Below are positions 45,036-57,600 of a stretch of 64,000 bases of DNA, one piece after another. Source of the DNA: Perkinsus chesapeaki ATCC PRA-425 (taxonomy: Eukaryota; Protista; Perkinsozoa). Below the pieces are notes generated by a model that saw nothing but the letters and a program-made list of their open reading frames with translations, made no database searches and had not been told where the DNA came from. The translations under genes and the position numbers were made by a program. The stretch spans positions 22,761-86,760 of the forward strand of contig JAAPAO010000086.1 of NCBI GenBank assembly GCA_013115145.1, in the 5' to 3' direction. The stretch's first letter is position 1, and each line of letters opens with the position of its first letter.

Positions 45036-48000
45036 TTATTTCTTAAGCTCGCTCGGTCTCCTCTGAACCAACTCGGTATCGATATCCCTGAACTGCCTCG
45101 TCATCGGTGGGTACAGGAAGGGCCGCAAATCGAATCTGTTGTCCTCTGGAGAGTAGGCCTCAGCATGATAAGACGGCGTCAGGACAGTGCCTACCAAAAC
45201 CGATACTCCAATTATTAAATTAATACTTACACTTATGTCTGTTCCTGCAGTAACAATTGAAGAAGTGCTTCACCTTGCCAGCAACTTCATCAGCATTTTC
45301 ATTTCGGCTCTCTCCCCACATAACTCGAAGCTTATGGAACATCTGTACAGGACCGCACCTTTCCATCTTGCGGAGCCTTCCGAACCATCCGAGCTCCTGA
45401 ATGCGCAATATACAAGCCGTAGAGGCGACCAATACATACTTCATAAGTCATGCCCATGTCGACCTCGTCCAGCTGTGCCGGCTCACCAGCAACCGTAGGC
45501 CTCAACTCCGCGGTAGGTGGGGCTTGGACCTGAAGGAAGTGCTCACCTGACGAAGAATGCACTGGAAACTACGATCTCTGCAAGTGCCGGGTAACCAAGG
45601 TTAGTGGAGGCCCACACTAGGAACGACTTGAGGTCGCCCTTGGAGATACTGCCGATAGGATTTATATCCCCCGAAGAGCAATCGTATTTAGTAAGGTAAC
45701 CACGGAGGGCTTCATCGACGTTACCTAAAGTAGACAATAATGCAATGGATCACCGCTGAAAGGCAGCAGTACCGGTAGAGAGGACGAGGAGGTAGCCGCC
45801 ACGCCTTCTGGCATGGGGAAGGAGTTGAGCCAACATGAATGACACAACCATTCTACTCCGGGCTTGAATATTCTGCAAGGCAAGATCAGTCGTACGGGTA
45901 CCTGAGGAGAGAAACGTCTGATACCAGAGAATACAATACAGCATATACAGAGAATACCGGATACGGTATACCTAGATACTATATCCGAATACCGGTATAC
46001 GGTATACCTAGATACTATATCCGAATACCGGATATGGTATACCTAGATACTATATCCGAATACCGGTATACGTCGGCTACCGAGAGACCGACTAGTTATT
46101 ATAACGTTCTACTATGACCAAAGATGCACTGTATCCTACCTCCCTGTGATAGATACTTCGGCCTGAGCTCCTCATCAACCTTACCATTATCATCAGTGAT
46201 AATGTAGTCGGTAAAGGCATCCTCAACGGCGTCGCAGATCTTATCGATCATCACAAATTTATGGTAGCTCCCTACCTGTCAGACGTCAGCCAAAATGCAA
46301 GCTGCTGGCTATGACAGTTCCGTTACCTGCTCTGCGATCCTCGCAGCAAGATCACGAGTGGTCTGACCAGAGTTCTTAGAGGCCAAGTAAGCGGTGTGGA
46401 TAATGCAGTTAGCCAGCTCTTGGGAAGTCCTGGGGAGCGTCTGAAGACCGAACCTCGCCGACCCTCTTCTCTATTAGAGCCCACCCCCAAAGTACCTCAG
46501 ACGCTGTTATGCGCTTGACGTCCGCCTCCACTTGCTTGTCACCTTCGATAAGCCTATTCATAACAAGTTGGCACATCGACCCGCAAATAGCGAGAACCTG
46601 AGTTTAATAATAAAATGATCTTGCATCAGTCGAAGTGAGTCCCTTACACTAGCACTATCGGCACCGCCTGAGAGCGGTATAAAAAAGCCCGAAGCTCCAC
46701 TGCGACGAAGGTAGTCCCAAAGCCAACACGCTGGGCCTGAAGCCTCCGCAATAGCAAGATAGCTGTGTATTGTTACTCTACCTTGAGCTATCTCCTCCAT
46801 AGGGTCGCAGACTATCGGTTGAATCGGAAGATTCGCCGAGATGAATCTGAAGCAGTCGGTCCGATCGGCTTTAGAGGCGGGAAATGTCTACCTGTTGGCT
46901 GGATCGCAAAGGCGGAAATCTTTGCAGAAGACCCTTGGCACTCTCGAACCCGTCAATGCCGCTGCCTGTGTGCAGCGAGACTTCTTGCTGGCACGGTATG
47001 AATGGACCTTAATAGAGCATGGCGGGTGGGCTGCTGGACCTCTTCAAGTTCTTACCTCTTCAAGGTCAACATTGGCTGTAACCACTTCCACCTCTTTTAT
47101 GGCAAACTGAGAGCCTTGGGCGCGGACTTCGCCGTTCACAGCGATTAACGAGGAACCATCAAAGTACCTGCAGGGCATCCAATTGGAGCCAGACAAGATC
47201 GAAATGCGACATATCCAATCGTAACGCATCACTAGCTGGGTTTCACGTACCGCGGCGATTATAGGATATAGGAGGACCATAATCTTCCTACTAAGGAAGA
47301 GATGGGAGGATAAGGCTACTGTATGCAAAGGCTTAGTGCTCAGAGAGTATAAGAATCCATTATAGGCCAAATATTACAGTCTGCCGCCGTCACATCCCAT
47401 AGAGTTAGCGTAGAGGTATACACCACCAGACTTTGACGTGGCACCTACAGTGCTTGCTGAAAGAGCACCAAAGAGAAGGACAACATTACCAGCAATAAGC
47501 TTCAGACGAGTCTTCAGCTTTCTCAGTTCATGATGGGATCCGCTACCATTAGCGATGATATCTACACCATCCAGAGCCATCACTGAGAATGGAAAGTCAA
47601 CCCCAAAGGACCGTTGGTAGGACGCTACATGTGTGAGGGTTCTCAGGAGCCCACAGCTCCTCGCAAGCCTCGCATCCTACAGCACAGTCAGCCAGTTGAA
47701 CAACGGCAAAACCAAACGGACACGTCTGTTGACGGACGCCTGAGTGCAATGTAATGATGTGTAGCAATCCACAATGGTATCACTTTCCGACTGTGCTTCC
47801 TGCACTACATCTGGCAGAAGCATCTCTTCGAGGCCTCGCTCCATCGGCCACGGGGCAAACCACCTGGGACAGATTAACAACTAACGTGGCCGGAACCTTG
47901 CCTTGATTCCCGATAGTTTCCATCGTCAGCAAGAAGCATTTTAGGGCGGACCAACAGTACCCTTCCCCGATACAGGAACACACGGCAGTTATAGCCGGTC

Positions 48001-48494
48001 GACTTGTACCTATAGTACAATGCATCCACGTCGAGCATCATCCTAGTCGTGAGCCTTACAGCACTGGCATTCCTATATCTAGCAGCATGTCCAGCTCAGA
48101 GGTTGCAGTCTGATATTATGATACCATGTTCGAGAGGGGACGGGTCTTACAATAATATGGGCAATAGATTCCCAACAGTGTTGGAAAGTGTCCGTTTCTA
48201 GGAAATGATCCTCACAACCGTAACCAGAAAGCTCCAGCTCGGGCCCAGTACTGAGATAAAACGGCCAGTCATCCATGAATTCAGGCTCTGTTGCGGAAGG
48301 AGCGGTATGATATGTTAAAAAAGACGTGTAGTAGAGTGGAATTCAAGCAACATTAGAGTGAAGATTACAAGTTCAGCTTACCGGAATTTCGCATTCTTAG
48401 CGTGTGCAATGCGGATGCTCTCAAGGACTCTCCTCTCATTTCCATCGAAGTCAAGAGCCCATTGATCGAGGTTGCATGTGGCAACCACTGCCAT
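45036..48494 (-). CDS. NADSYN1: Glutamine-dependent NAD(+) synthetase
   Basis: [16 protein letters not shown]; [15 protein letters not shown]; [13 protein letters not shown]; PLSGGADS; [11 protein letters not shown]; [24 protein letters not shown]; PPTAEL; [10 protein letters not shown]; DNRF..RPFLY. Confidence 0.95.
45961..46072. repeat. Minisatellite, about 3.1 copies of a 35/36-bp unit, in an NADSYN1 intron
   Basis: Unit ATACGGTATACCTAGATACTATATCCGAATACCGG(T) starts at 45961, 45997 and 46032. Differences: one substitution and one 1-nt indel. Confidence 0.95.
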
Positions 48495-49003
48495 TGACTG
48501 GCCCACCATTGTCGACAAAAGCACAACTGTTAATGCTACAGTCGTGCTCCTCTGCTACTCCCTATACTTTTGACACAACATAGGAAGGATAGGAAACACA
48601 CCGCATGAGATACAGTAACGCTAATTCGTTAGAAATGACATAAGTCGGATTGTTCCTAGCTTAAGCAGACGCGTCGTTTGCCCCGAAGCCCTGGTGGCAC
48701 TGCCGCATCGCTACAGTCGCCAGCAGTGAACTCCATTTCAGCAATAAGCAATCTGTAGAAGCATGTCGCCAAAGCTCTAATGCAGTTCGTTACGGCTGCG
48801 ACATACCCAGACAGCATCAATACTGGAATTCACTGCCACTATAATTCCACACCTCCCAGCCATGGCATTTTACTTTCCAAAGCAATTGGATACTTTAATG
48901 AACCGAGGTATCAATCGAAAACAGGAGCACGCTGTGAGTTTGAATATTTACCAGTAGTGCTGCCGAACCTCGCCAATTTGCAGGCTATACGGTATATCTC
49001 TAA

Positions 49004-49070
49004 TCGAGCTATATATCTAATCCTGTATCGCAATAGCCTATACCGATACAGGATTAGATATATAGCTCGA
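49004..49070. repeat. Perfect 27-bp inverted repeat with a 13-nt loop
   Basis: TCGAGCTATATATCTAATCCTGTATCG (49004-49030) is the exact reverse complement of CGATACAGGATTAGATATATAGCTCGA (49044-49070). Confidence 0.95.
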
Positions 49071-49700
49071 CTCGACCGACTTCAATAAACCCAAGAACAA
49101 CCAAGATAAGGACCCGTACAAGTGACATGACACGCCTTTGTCACAAACAAGATGACGTGGGATGTGACATCCTCCGACTTGATGCATCAGTACATCCCGG
49201 ATGTACGGATAAATCAATCGGGATCGATGCGCCAAGAGCACTGACAGTTGGGTCAGTATTCAGGCTTTTTAACTTTCCACGGAGGATTTGCTTGCGGATA
49301 TTTGGTCCTCGGCTTATTTATTTTCCTCTAAATTCACACGCCAAAAACTTGCAAACTTGAAATTCCGCAATGCATGATTTGCACACGCGTGCAGAGTTTA
49401 AGTTTTGGCCTTGTGCACTTCATTGCAGTGCAGTGAGACTTGTGAACGATATACGGTTCTCTGGTGTTCTTACTTGACGGTATTGCTCTGTAATTACTGG
49501 CGAATTACACCCAATCTCCAATAAAATCCTCTCTTAGAATTAAATGCGGAACGCAAAAAGCCCGCTTCCGCTTCAGGTTAACTCATCGTGCTGCCATCGG
49601 CCCGGTCGATTCGGCCGTATTATAGTACTGCCGTGCTGCTCGGATAATTATTCTCATTCCGTAGGCCATATAATTTTCGTTGTCTGCTCTTGGCATACAA

Positions 49701-51757
49701 ATGGGTAAATTTTTTCCTTTCGGCGGTTCGTCAGCCAATACAGTGGTCGCCGACGACGAGTGTAGCAACTCGGAAAAGAACGATGAAGTACAAGCATCGC
49801 GGTGGACCAGAGCTAAGCCTTACTGTTTCTGTTGCATGCGTTATGGCTGCGCTTGTATTATTGGTGCGCTCATCGCTGTTGCTATTATCTTAATTGTCTT
49901 ATGGCAAATTGGTCTTTTCGGTGGTAAAAAGGGATCTCCCTCGACGGTCATCGACCTTGGCGAGTTGCCCTATCCTAGAGTGACATCAGGCTACACCGAG
50001 GTGAATGTTACCCTCTCTCCTGTCGCAGCTGCTCTGACATATAAGCCCAAGTACTTCTTGCTTGAGAGTCAACCCGCAGTCTCAGCCTCTGGACGCTTCC
50101 TAGCTGACACTGATGGATCGTGGACAGTCAATTCCAAGGTCAACTATGAGTCTGTACCTGTAGTTGCGCAAATTGCTGGTCTAACAGCTGGAGCTTCCTT
50201 CATCGTGAGATATAGAATCGAAATGGAGGACGGACGCCTCAGTTCCCCATCGGTTTCGGTCTTGGCTTCGCTGCTCCCTCCTGCACCACCTTCCGCCCCG
50301 GGTAAGTAGAAGGTTAACTTGAGAGTAAAACGAAGTGGATGACTGTCAGGTCTTGCGGCATACAACACTTCCACTTCGTCGGTATCGGTTATCATGGTAC
50401 CCCCAGCATCTGTTCACGGATCAAACGTTACAAGCTACAGTATGAGATATAAGGTAGGAGTTGTCAACTTCCGCCTCCGAGATTTGGAAGACACTATGTC
50501 AATTTTCTGATTGTAGGTCGGCTCCTCGACGAACTGGACATCCGAGACAATTCAAGCTGAGGATGCGACAAAGGTATAGCCGAACACCACGAGGGTTTGA
50601 ATCGGTTGTTTTTAGCCGTTCACAGTATCGGGCTTATCTCCTCAGCAGAATGTTGCCTTCACGCTTACCGCCTTCAATGGGATTGGATCAAGCCCTTCTT
50701 CCGCCGAGTATTCGATGAGGAGCGATGCTGATGGTGCAGCTGTCCCCGGCAAGGTTAATCAACAGCTTCACTGAAGCTCATCGTCATCAAATACTCTTAT
50801 CAGGTGGGCGCCATTACCGCAAGTAATATCACCTCGAACTCCATCCTTTTGCAATGGCCTCCGGTACAAGATAATGGTGCGATGATTTTAAGATATAGAA
50901 TAACCGTTGACAATCAGAGGACTGTCGAAGTCGATGGTCATATGTCGAGAGGAACCGTAACAGGCTTAGCAAGAGGCACGTCCTACCAAGTTACCGTCTA
51001 TGCTGTTAACTCAAAGGGTGATGGAGGCGCGTCGGACCCTATCACGGTTAAGACCAAGAACGACTGCAGTGCTGATCCGCCCAGCCAACCTACCATACAA
51101 ACGGTGTTCGCAGATGGTTTGAGTGTCCGATGGTATCCTCCCAAAAATCCCACTTGTGACTTGGCAATTTCTGGTTATCGTGTCGTTTGGTCGGATGGAA
51201 ATGGTGTGGCATGCACCCCTTCCGATGGTCTCAACTTTTGTGACATTACGGGTCTCTCCAACCAGAAAAGTTACTCTGTTAAAGTTCAGTCTCAGAATGA
51301 GGCGGGTTGGTCAGACCGTCAGACGAGTGTGCTCACTGCCACTACTTTACCCAAAGCACCGAGTGGTGTCGGTTGCAATACTAGAGATCAAGTTCGTTGG
51401 TGGAAGTCTGTTGCGAACAACGATGGCAGCTCTCTATATTATGATGGACAACAATTCTCACAACAAATGGTAGCTTGTGGGAAATCGGCGTACGGAGACA
51501 AGGCAGGAGTTTCCCGATGTATGCGTGATTACACTAATACTCCTTCCCGTACTCCATTCAATCTACCAGCTCTGACATCCGTCTGCACTGATCTAATCGG
51601 GGTACTGATGCAATGTGGTAGAGATCATTGTCTCTCTGATTGTGTTGCTGATCCGGCGTCCTCTAAATGTATAGAATGTAACAAACGTAATTGTAATCAA
51701 CCCTTTTACGACGCCGGAGGGCTTCCACCGGGTATTGCGCCAGAAAATCCGAAGTGA
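49701..51757 (+). CDS. Single-pass (type II-like) membrane protein with about 4 fibronectin type III domains and a C-terminal Cys-rich domain
   Basis: MGKFFPFGG; Cys cluster CFCCMRYGCAC before the TM helix IIGALIAVAIILIVLW. FN3 signatures: LQWPPVQDNGAMILRYRI..TGLARGTSYQVTVYAVNSKGDG and VRWYPP..GLSNQKSYSVKVQSQNEAGWS. C-terminal domain with multiple Cys. Confidence 0.85.
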
Positions 51758-52933
51758 CCGAGGTACGGTGCTGTATAGTTTAGTCGCTCGAGATCTTTGC
51801 GATCCAAGCATTTCACCGTCTCTCCGGCCGGCCGGCCGGTGCAATAGAAATATTTTCAGGATGGCGACTTTGCGCACCTTGTACATATTTCAGTATTATC
51901 AAGCGGTCGTCTCTGGACAGATTATTCACTTGTCTTCAACACGCAGGCTTTCAGCACTGCTTTTCTTATCTGTCAGTGTTGTTGATTTCAGTGTGGTATC
52001 AATTAAGACAAGTACTAACTCACCGAATGGTAATATCTTCGTTCGGTAGTACTGAATTGACAGCACATACCCACGTAGTACCCGACGGTCTTCAACCTGT
52101 GAATTGATGTGGCAGAGCAAGCCGCGATGATAGTTTTCAACCCTTAAGGCACGAGCTTTGGCGGCGATGCATACGAGGTATCCGAACCAAGAACTGGTTC
52201 CCGTTGAAGAGTCTTAGCATCCCCCTCCCTCTCAGGGCTGTTACAACTGCTCTCTGGAGACCAGCTTTATGCGCATCCTGTGGGAAGTATATGGGTTCCC
52301 GTACAACGCTAGCAAATAGGCTCGGACTCTGGGTTCGATATTTGGCAAGTGAAGTTGCCAAACATCGTATGGTTGTGAGAAGATTCACACTACATATGGC
52401 TCAAATGCGAGATACTGCGCGCGGTAGATATCTTGAAGTATCCTGTTAGACTCACATGGTGAAAACTTAGAACTGCTAAGCTAGAAGGGGATCCCACTGA
52501 TATTACCCAATTAAACAGATTTCAATAATTAACACCGCTGCACGTGCACAATAACGCAACCATAAGCAGCAAATACGTCACGAGAATTACTTAACGTACG
52601 CGTACATCAATCATTGAAATCCTTTCTGGCTTCAAACGGGTTCGCTATCATGTCTCTTTTTAACCAAGTTCTGAATTATCGTCGCAGCGGCTTCCCGGCG
52701 GCGCATTCTCCAAAGGAGCTGGAGCCGCAGGACTGCACGCAGGGCATTCTTTTGAGGATGCCTAGCCTACAACAGACAACGCTCTGCAATAACGATAAAG
52801 CAACCGTTTCTCCGCGATGATTCGGAATATTTACGCGCAAATCTCTATCCTCTGGTGATGTATGTAATTGTTGTCCTCCTTTGCGCTCCCACTCGAGCCT
52901 CGCTTCATCTGCTTGGATCCACTTATTGGTGAC

Positions 52934-54549
52934 TCAGCTTCCATAATTCCTACTCGTATACGCCATCTCTTCGTAGTGTTCCTCTTCGACAGGCCGTTGA
53001 CGGACACCTAAGGCGGCCGTTCCCACCTTGTCCAGTCGCGCACGTCTGCGAGCCAGCCGCTCGCTAGCCTCGTTTATATTGGTCACTAAGTTATCGATCA
53101 CCGCCGGTGCAGGAGTAATCCCGTTATCATCAATATTGGGACCTTTACAGTCCCTCAACTGCTGAGCAGCTAACCGAGATGCTTCTTCCAGCTTTTGGCA
53201 TTTGCTGATCTCAAACGGTATAACGCATCGCAGATGTAAACGGGCAAGCTTGTCATAGTCGGGCGAACCATATCGGCGTCTCACTTCCTTGAACAGAGCA
53301 TTCAGCTCTTCACATGTCATAGGGGCGGAGGCGTTATATGCTATACAGCTCTCGAGTGTCCGAGTCTCGTGTGGTGTGAGACTGATGAGCATGAGCTGCG
53401 TATGGACTGCTAGATATCCACACAATCACTGGATCTCCATCAATTTCGCGGCCTCGACAAGAATCTCCTCTGCGGGATATTGGAATCCTTCATCGTTCGC
53501 TGCCAATTGGCTCCTTGAGAAGGCTTCCGTAAAGAGCTGTGCCGCGAACGACCGCTCCACGCTTCCTGAAGGCTTCGTAAGACTAATAAAACTCTTCGGC
53601 ACTTTGAGAGGACGCACTTTCGGTAGACCCTCGACCGCCATCTTTGCCCTTGCAGTGATTTACGGCTTCACCTCGGCGCTTCAATGCCAGGTGCTCCCTA
53701 ACTCTCCACTGGTGGGCACGCATTTCAAGGTCCAGTATACGCGCATATAAATCGACCCTTCTCGGTGAGCCTACGACAGAAATGACTGACTATGCAGAGA
53801 AATACCGCGGTTCTGGGAGACATCTGGAGAAAAGATGGGGTGGTGATTGTGCAAAAGCGAGCATCTACCTTGATCGGCTTCCACGCCAGCCATGTTCGAC
53901 AGGGTGGGCTTAGTCAGTGCACACCCCTTGCCCTTCTCTTGTTGATATCTTTTATGCCAAGTCAGCTCATTTCTGATTCGATCAGGAAAGGAACGTCGAG
54001 CCATTTGATGAACTCTTTCGGCGAACTCGGCGAACCCTTCACCTCGAACTAGGCGTATCGACGTGACCAAGCATTGACACACAAACTCTGATTTGTAAAG
54101 CCGAGAAAAGTCTAGTATTGAATTGGGCAGTGGCTAACTCATGCATTCATGAGGTGATCGTGTCACGCAGCTTCATCGACGACTGAATTTGGGAAACGCC
54201 AACTTCGATGAAGTGGACCCAGCGGAGCCTGAATACGCATTCGTAGGAAGTAGTCGATGACTTAGCGCGTGTAGCAGTGACTCACTGTGCGCAGAGGAGG
54301 AATGGTGTTTCGACGTTGCTTTCCGACTCGGCAAAGCAAACTTGGATCCAACACTGGACACGGATGGTGCTATAAAGCTTTGACTGCCGTGAGCTGAGGG
54401 CATCTGTCAACAAGAACCACCAAGCTGTGACGACAGATTCAGGGAGGGAACGTACTTCAAAAGCGACCCTCTCTCCCGAAACAGATCCTCCTGCAACTGA
54501 GGACGACATGTTGCGCTTGCTCTCATTACGCGACCTGCAGGCGGAACAT
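52934..54549 (-). CDS. Hypothetical multi-exon protein
   Basis: Chain of minus-strand exons with GT-AG borders (ORFs 54173-54403, 53771-54082, 53426-53641, 52934-53425) ending ...EEMAYTSRNYGS*. Start codon uncertain (54549 or 54403); the ORF-track start at 54694 is TTG. Confidence 0.55.
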
Positions 54550-54665
54550 TCAGCGAGATGACTGGATCTAAGGTAGACTTGCCTCGTTTGGCGAGAAGGG
54601 AGTCTGAATGCAGTGCGGCCACTTTCGGACCGCCCGGATGAAAGCGGGACTGCCTGACAGATGCG

Positions 54666-57600
54666 TTATTCAGTATCCTTGCGCGGTTGAACAATGACGA
54701 AACATATAATTCTTATTATTACTCTTACTTTGGGAACAAGCTCCAGAGCTGCTGGAGGCAGCGGCGTCGATTCTGGATTGGATAGTAGGACTGCGGCGGT
54801 GCTTCCTACAAAAAGGTCAGCTTCACCCAACAAAGGATTATCTTACCGATCAAATCCACGACACCGTAAAGTTCCTTCCCAGTAGGGATGTTCTTAGGGC
54901 CCTCGACGACGACCTCACCATCGACGATAATAAAAAGCTGATCCACTGGAGACTTGGAAACCAAAAGCCCAACCTTTTGACCTGCCACGCGGAGGGACAT
55001 ACTTCTACGCAAAAGCTCAGTTCAGCTATTCCTCCACTCATGGAAAAATTCGTATTCGAACAAGTCCCAGAGCTCCTTGTAGAGATTTGTCACGAGAAAC
55101 TCTTGGACGCTTATCTACTTTCATAAATTTTTGTACTTTCGAGTACAGCCTAGGATTAAAAGCAACCATGTGTGAACGCGCAAGAGATTATCACCGGCTT
55201 TGAGGTCCTTGCCGCACCATCCACACGCTGACCAATCATTAGTAATCTAAACCAAGTCATACTAAGGTAACCGGAGAGAGCAGTTTTGACTATCGACCCA
55301 CCGGATCCCAAATCTGGCCGTCGAAACCAACAGCCCATGTCTCGGGTATCTCATCGCAAGAGGACGGCGCGTCGGATCCGCTTCGGACCTGCTCAACGCT
55401 GTTAATTCGACGGACACTCCAGCTGACCGACCTCTCCAGGAGGGGTTGTTGTCACTCCCAGTGTTAGACCATCAGAGTACTTCAGCGACGTGCTGGCGCC
55501 GGCAATGATGGTGACCTCCATGTAGTATCTTGAGCGTTGAATTAATAATACCGACCTCCTCTGTTTACCCAAAGGAGCTGTTGTAGGGAAGCGGTCGATC
55601 CGTCATCACAACACCGCACATGACCTCGTCCTTGGCCGCATCACCACAGTCGTACTCGGCCTCCATGCCGTTCGGAGATACTGTGATATACGGTGATAGG
55701 TTGGTGGAACAAAACGCTAGAGTATTAATAGTAGGAACGAACCTATGAAGGAGTAAGCCTATTTTAGAAACCTTCCGAAAAGGCAAATAATGTGTAAGAC
55801 CAGTCATGCTCTTGACGTGACATAGAGGCACCGGTCTCACTCATTTGACGCTGGGGCGGGCAGTGCTCCTTCCACTTTTAGTTCCATCTCCGGATACGCA
55901 GCAGTCTAAGCATTTACAGTGTGTGCTCGAGCGAGGCCCTCAGCGGGCGATTCCCAAGGCGACTGAATTTACACTTACTTCCGCTAGGGGTGGTTGCTTC
56001 GCCATGTGTACATCGGTGCAAGCAGCCTCTGCCCTCTCGATTCGTGCTATCAACGCCTAAATAAAGACCACAAATATCAAGCCCCCCAGCAAGTTATAGA
56101 CGTCTAAAGGGACCTTACTTCGCGTTCAGTGATAAGCAGCTCCACCTGATGGGATCTTCGCTCAAACTCCTCACGGTCAATCTGAAAGGAGCGACGATAA
56201 TTTCAGTGGCCTTTGCTGGCAGATAATCAGATGGAAATTAAATACGGAATTACCGTCATCAATTCTAGCTGCTCCGCGAGGGACTTTTCCTTGGCTTCCA
56301 GCTCCTGTATTCGGGCTGTCAATAAATTACTCGCTGTCCTTTCTTCAGCAAGACCCTGCAAAGGAGCCGCCGATTCTATACAATGCATAGATCCGACAAG
56401 TGCAATGTGGAGAGTCGCCAAAGACGCATATTAAAGAATTGTCAACTAACCTTCTCGGTATCTTCTAATTTCATCAGAAGTTCGTGCTCGGTCTCAGCAA
56501 TTCGCAGCTGAATTTCCGCATCAGGTTGTTGAATGGGCTCACTGAAACACGATAAAGCGCATCTAGTTGGGACAAGGCATGACAGATCATTTACGAAAAG
56601 TTCGCGGTTACCAGGATTAGCTTACTCAAGCGGCGGTATGCCAGCAACGTCATTTCCTGATAGCTTCTCTGGAAGGTTAACCTAAGAGTAGCTTCCGCCG
56701 ATTTGTAGTAGTTGACTATATGTAGACTCACCTCCATGTCAGCTAAGTGGGCCTCCCTGCTATCCAGCTCACGCTCTCGCTCGGCCAGCAACTCCTCCGA
56801 TGCTTCAAGAGCCTACTGTTAGTATTGTTTATATGGTCAGCATGATAATTTTCAAACCTTATATTTCGATTCAAACTCCGACCCCCGCCTTGCTTGTTTC
56901 GCTAGATGCTGCTTAGCCTCCTTCAGCTCCACAACGGACTGCTGTAGAGCTTCCCGCTCAGCTTCAAGAGAAACCTGGTGTTGATCTTATCTCGTCAAAA
57001 AGTTCCAGCGTACCATTTTCCCCTCAGCTTCTGCCTCCTTCTCCTCTGCCTGACGTAGCCGACTCCTCAGACCATCCAGTGAGCTCTTGAGTTCATCTAA
57101 TATAAGAACCATACATGGTTTCCGCGTAACGATTTTCCTCACCAGATGCGCTCTCTGCGGAGCTTACGAGGCCCTTGAGCCTAGCGATCTCCGCATCCCG
57201 CTCTCTGATGATACTCTCCTTCGACTCTCTGGCCTGACCAATGCAACTCACTGCACAGAGCCTCCTCGTCATGAAAGCTTACATCCTCCAGCTCCTTCAG
57301 AGCTTCGGTACGTTCGCAAGAAGAAGCCTGATCAGTATCTTTGTCTATGCCCACCCAGTAACACATACCTGGACTTCTGCCCGCTCTGCCTCAGCAACCT
57401 TGAGCTCCTCGTTCAGTTGTGAAATTTCTCTTTCGGCTTCTTCGAGCTGTGTAGTGAGTTCAGCTATTGAAGCGGAATTTGGGAGAGTAATGGCTACCCA
57501 ATTTCTCACCAATGCGTTCCTCGTAAGCAGTCACTTGTGCCCTCGAATCTTCTATCTGTGCAACAAGTACCTTCTCATCACCTGCTGAAGCCTGAACAAC

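Noticed and set aside
45950-46075. Direct repeats considered as a CRISPR-like array
   Set aside because: Units are contiguous with no unique spacers, in a eukaryotic intron, and there are no cas genes.
51760-52900. Short ORFs on both strands between the FN3 gene and the next gene
   Set aside because: Some minus-strand splice-like signals, but no frame-consistent model or recognisable product could be built.
54407-54694. ORF-track N-terminus MFNRARILNN..., which looks like a mitochondrial presequence
   Set aside because: It starts at TTG and overlaps the probable last intron/exon of the upstream NHR gene; not a supported start.
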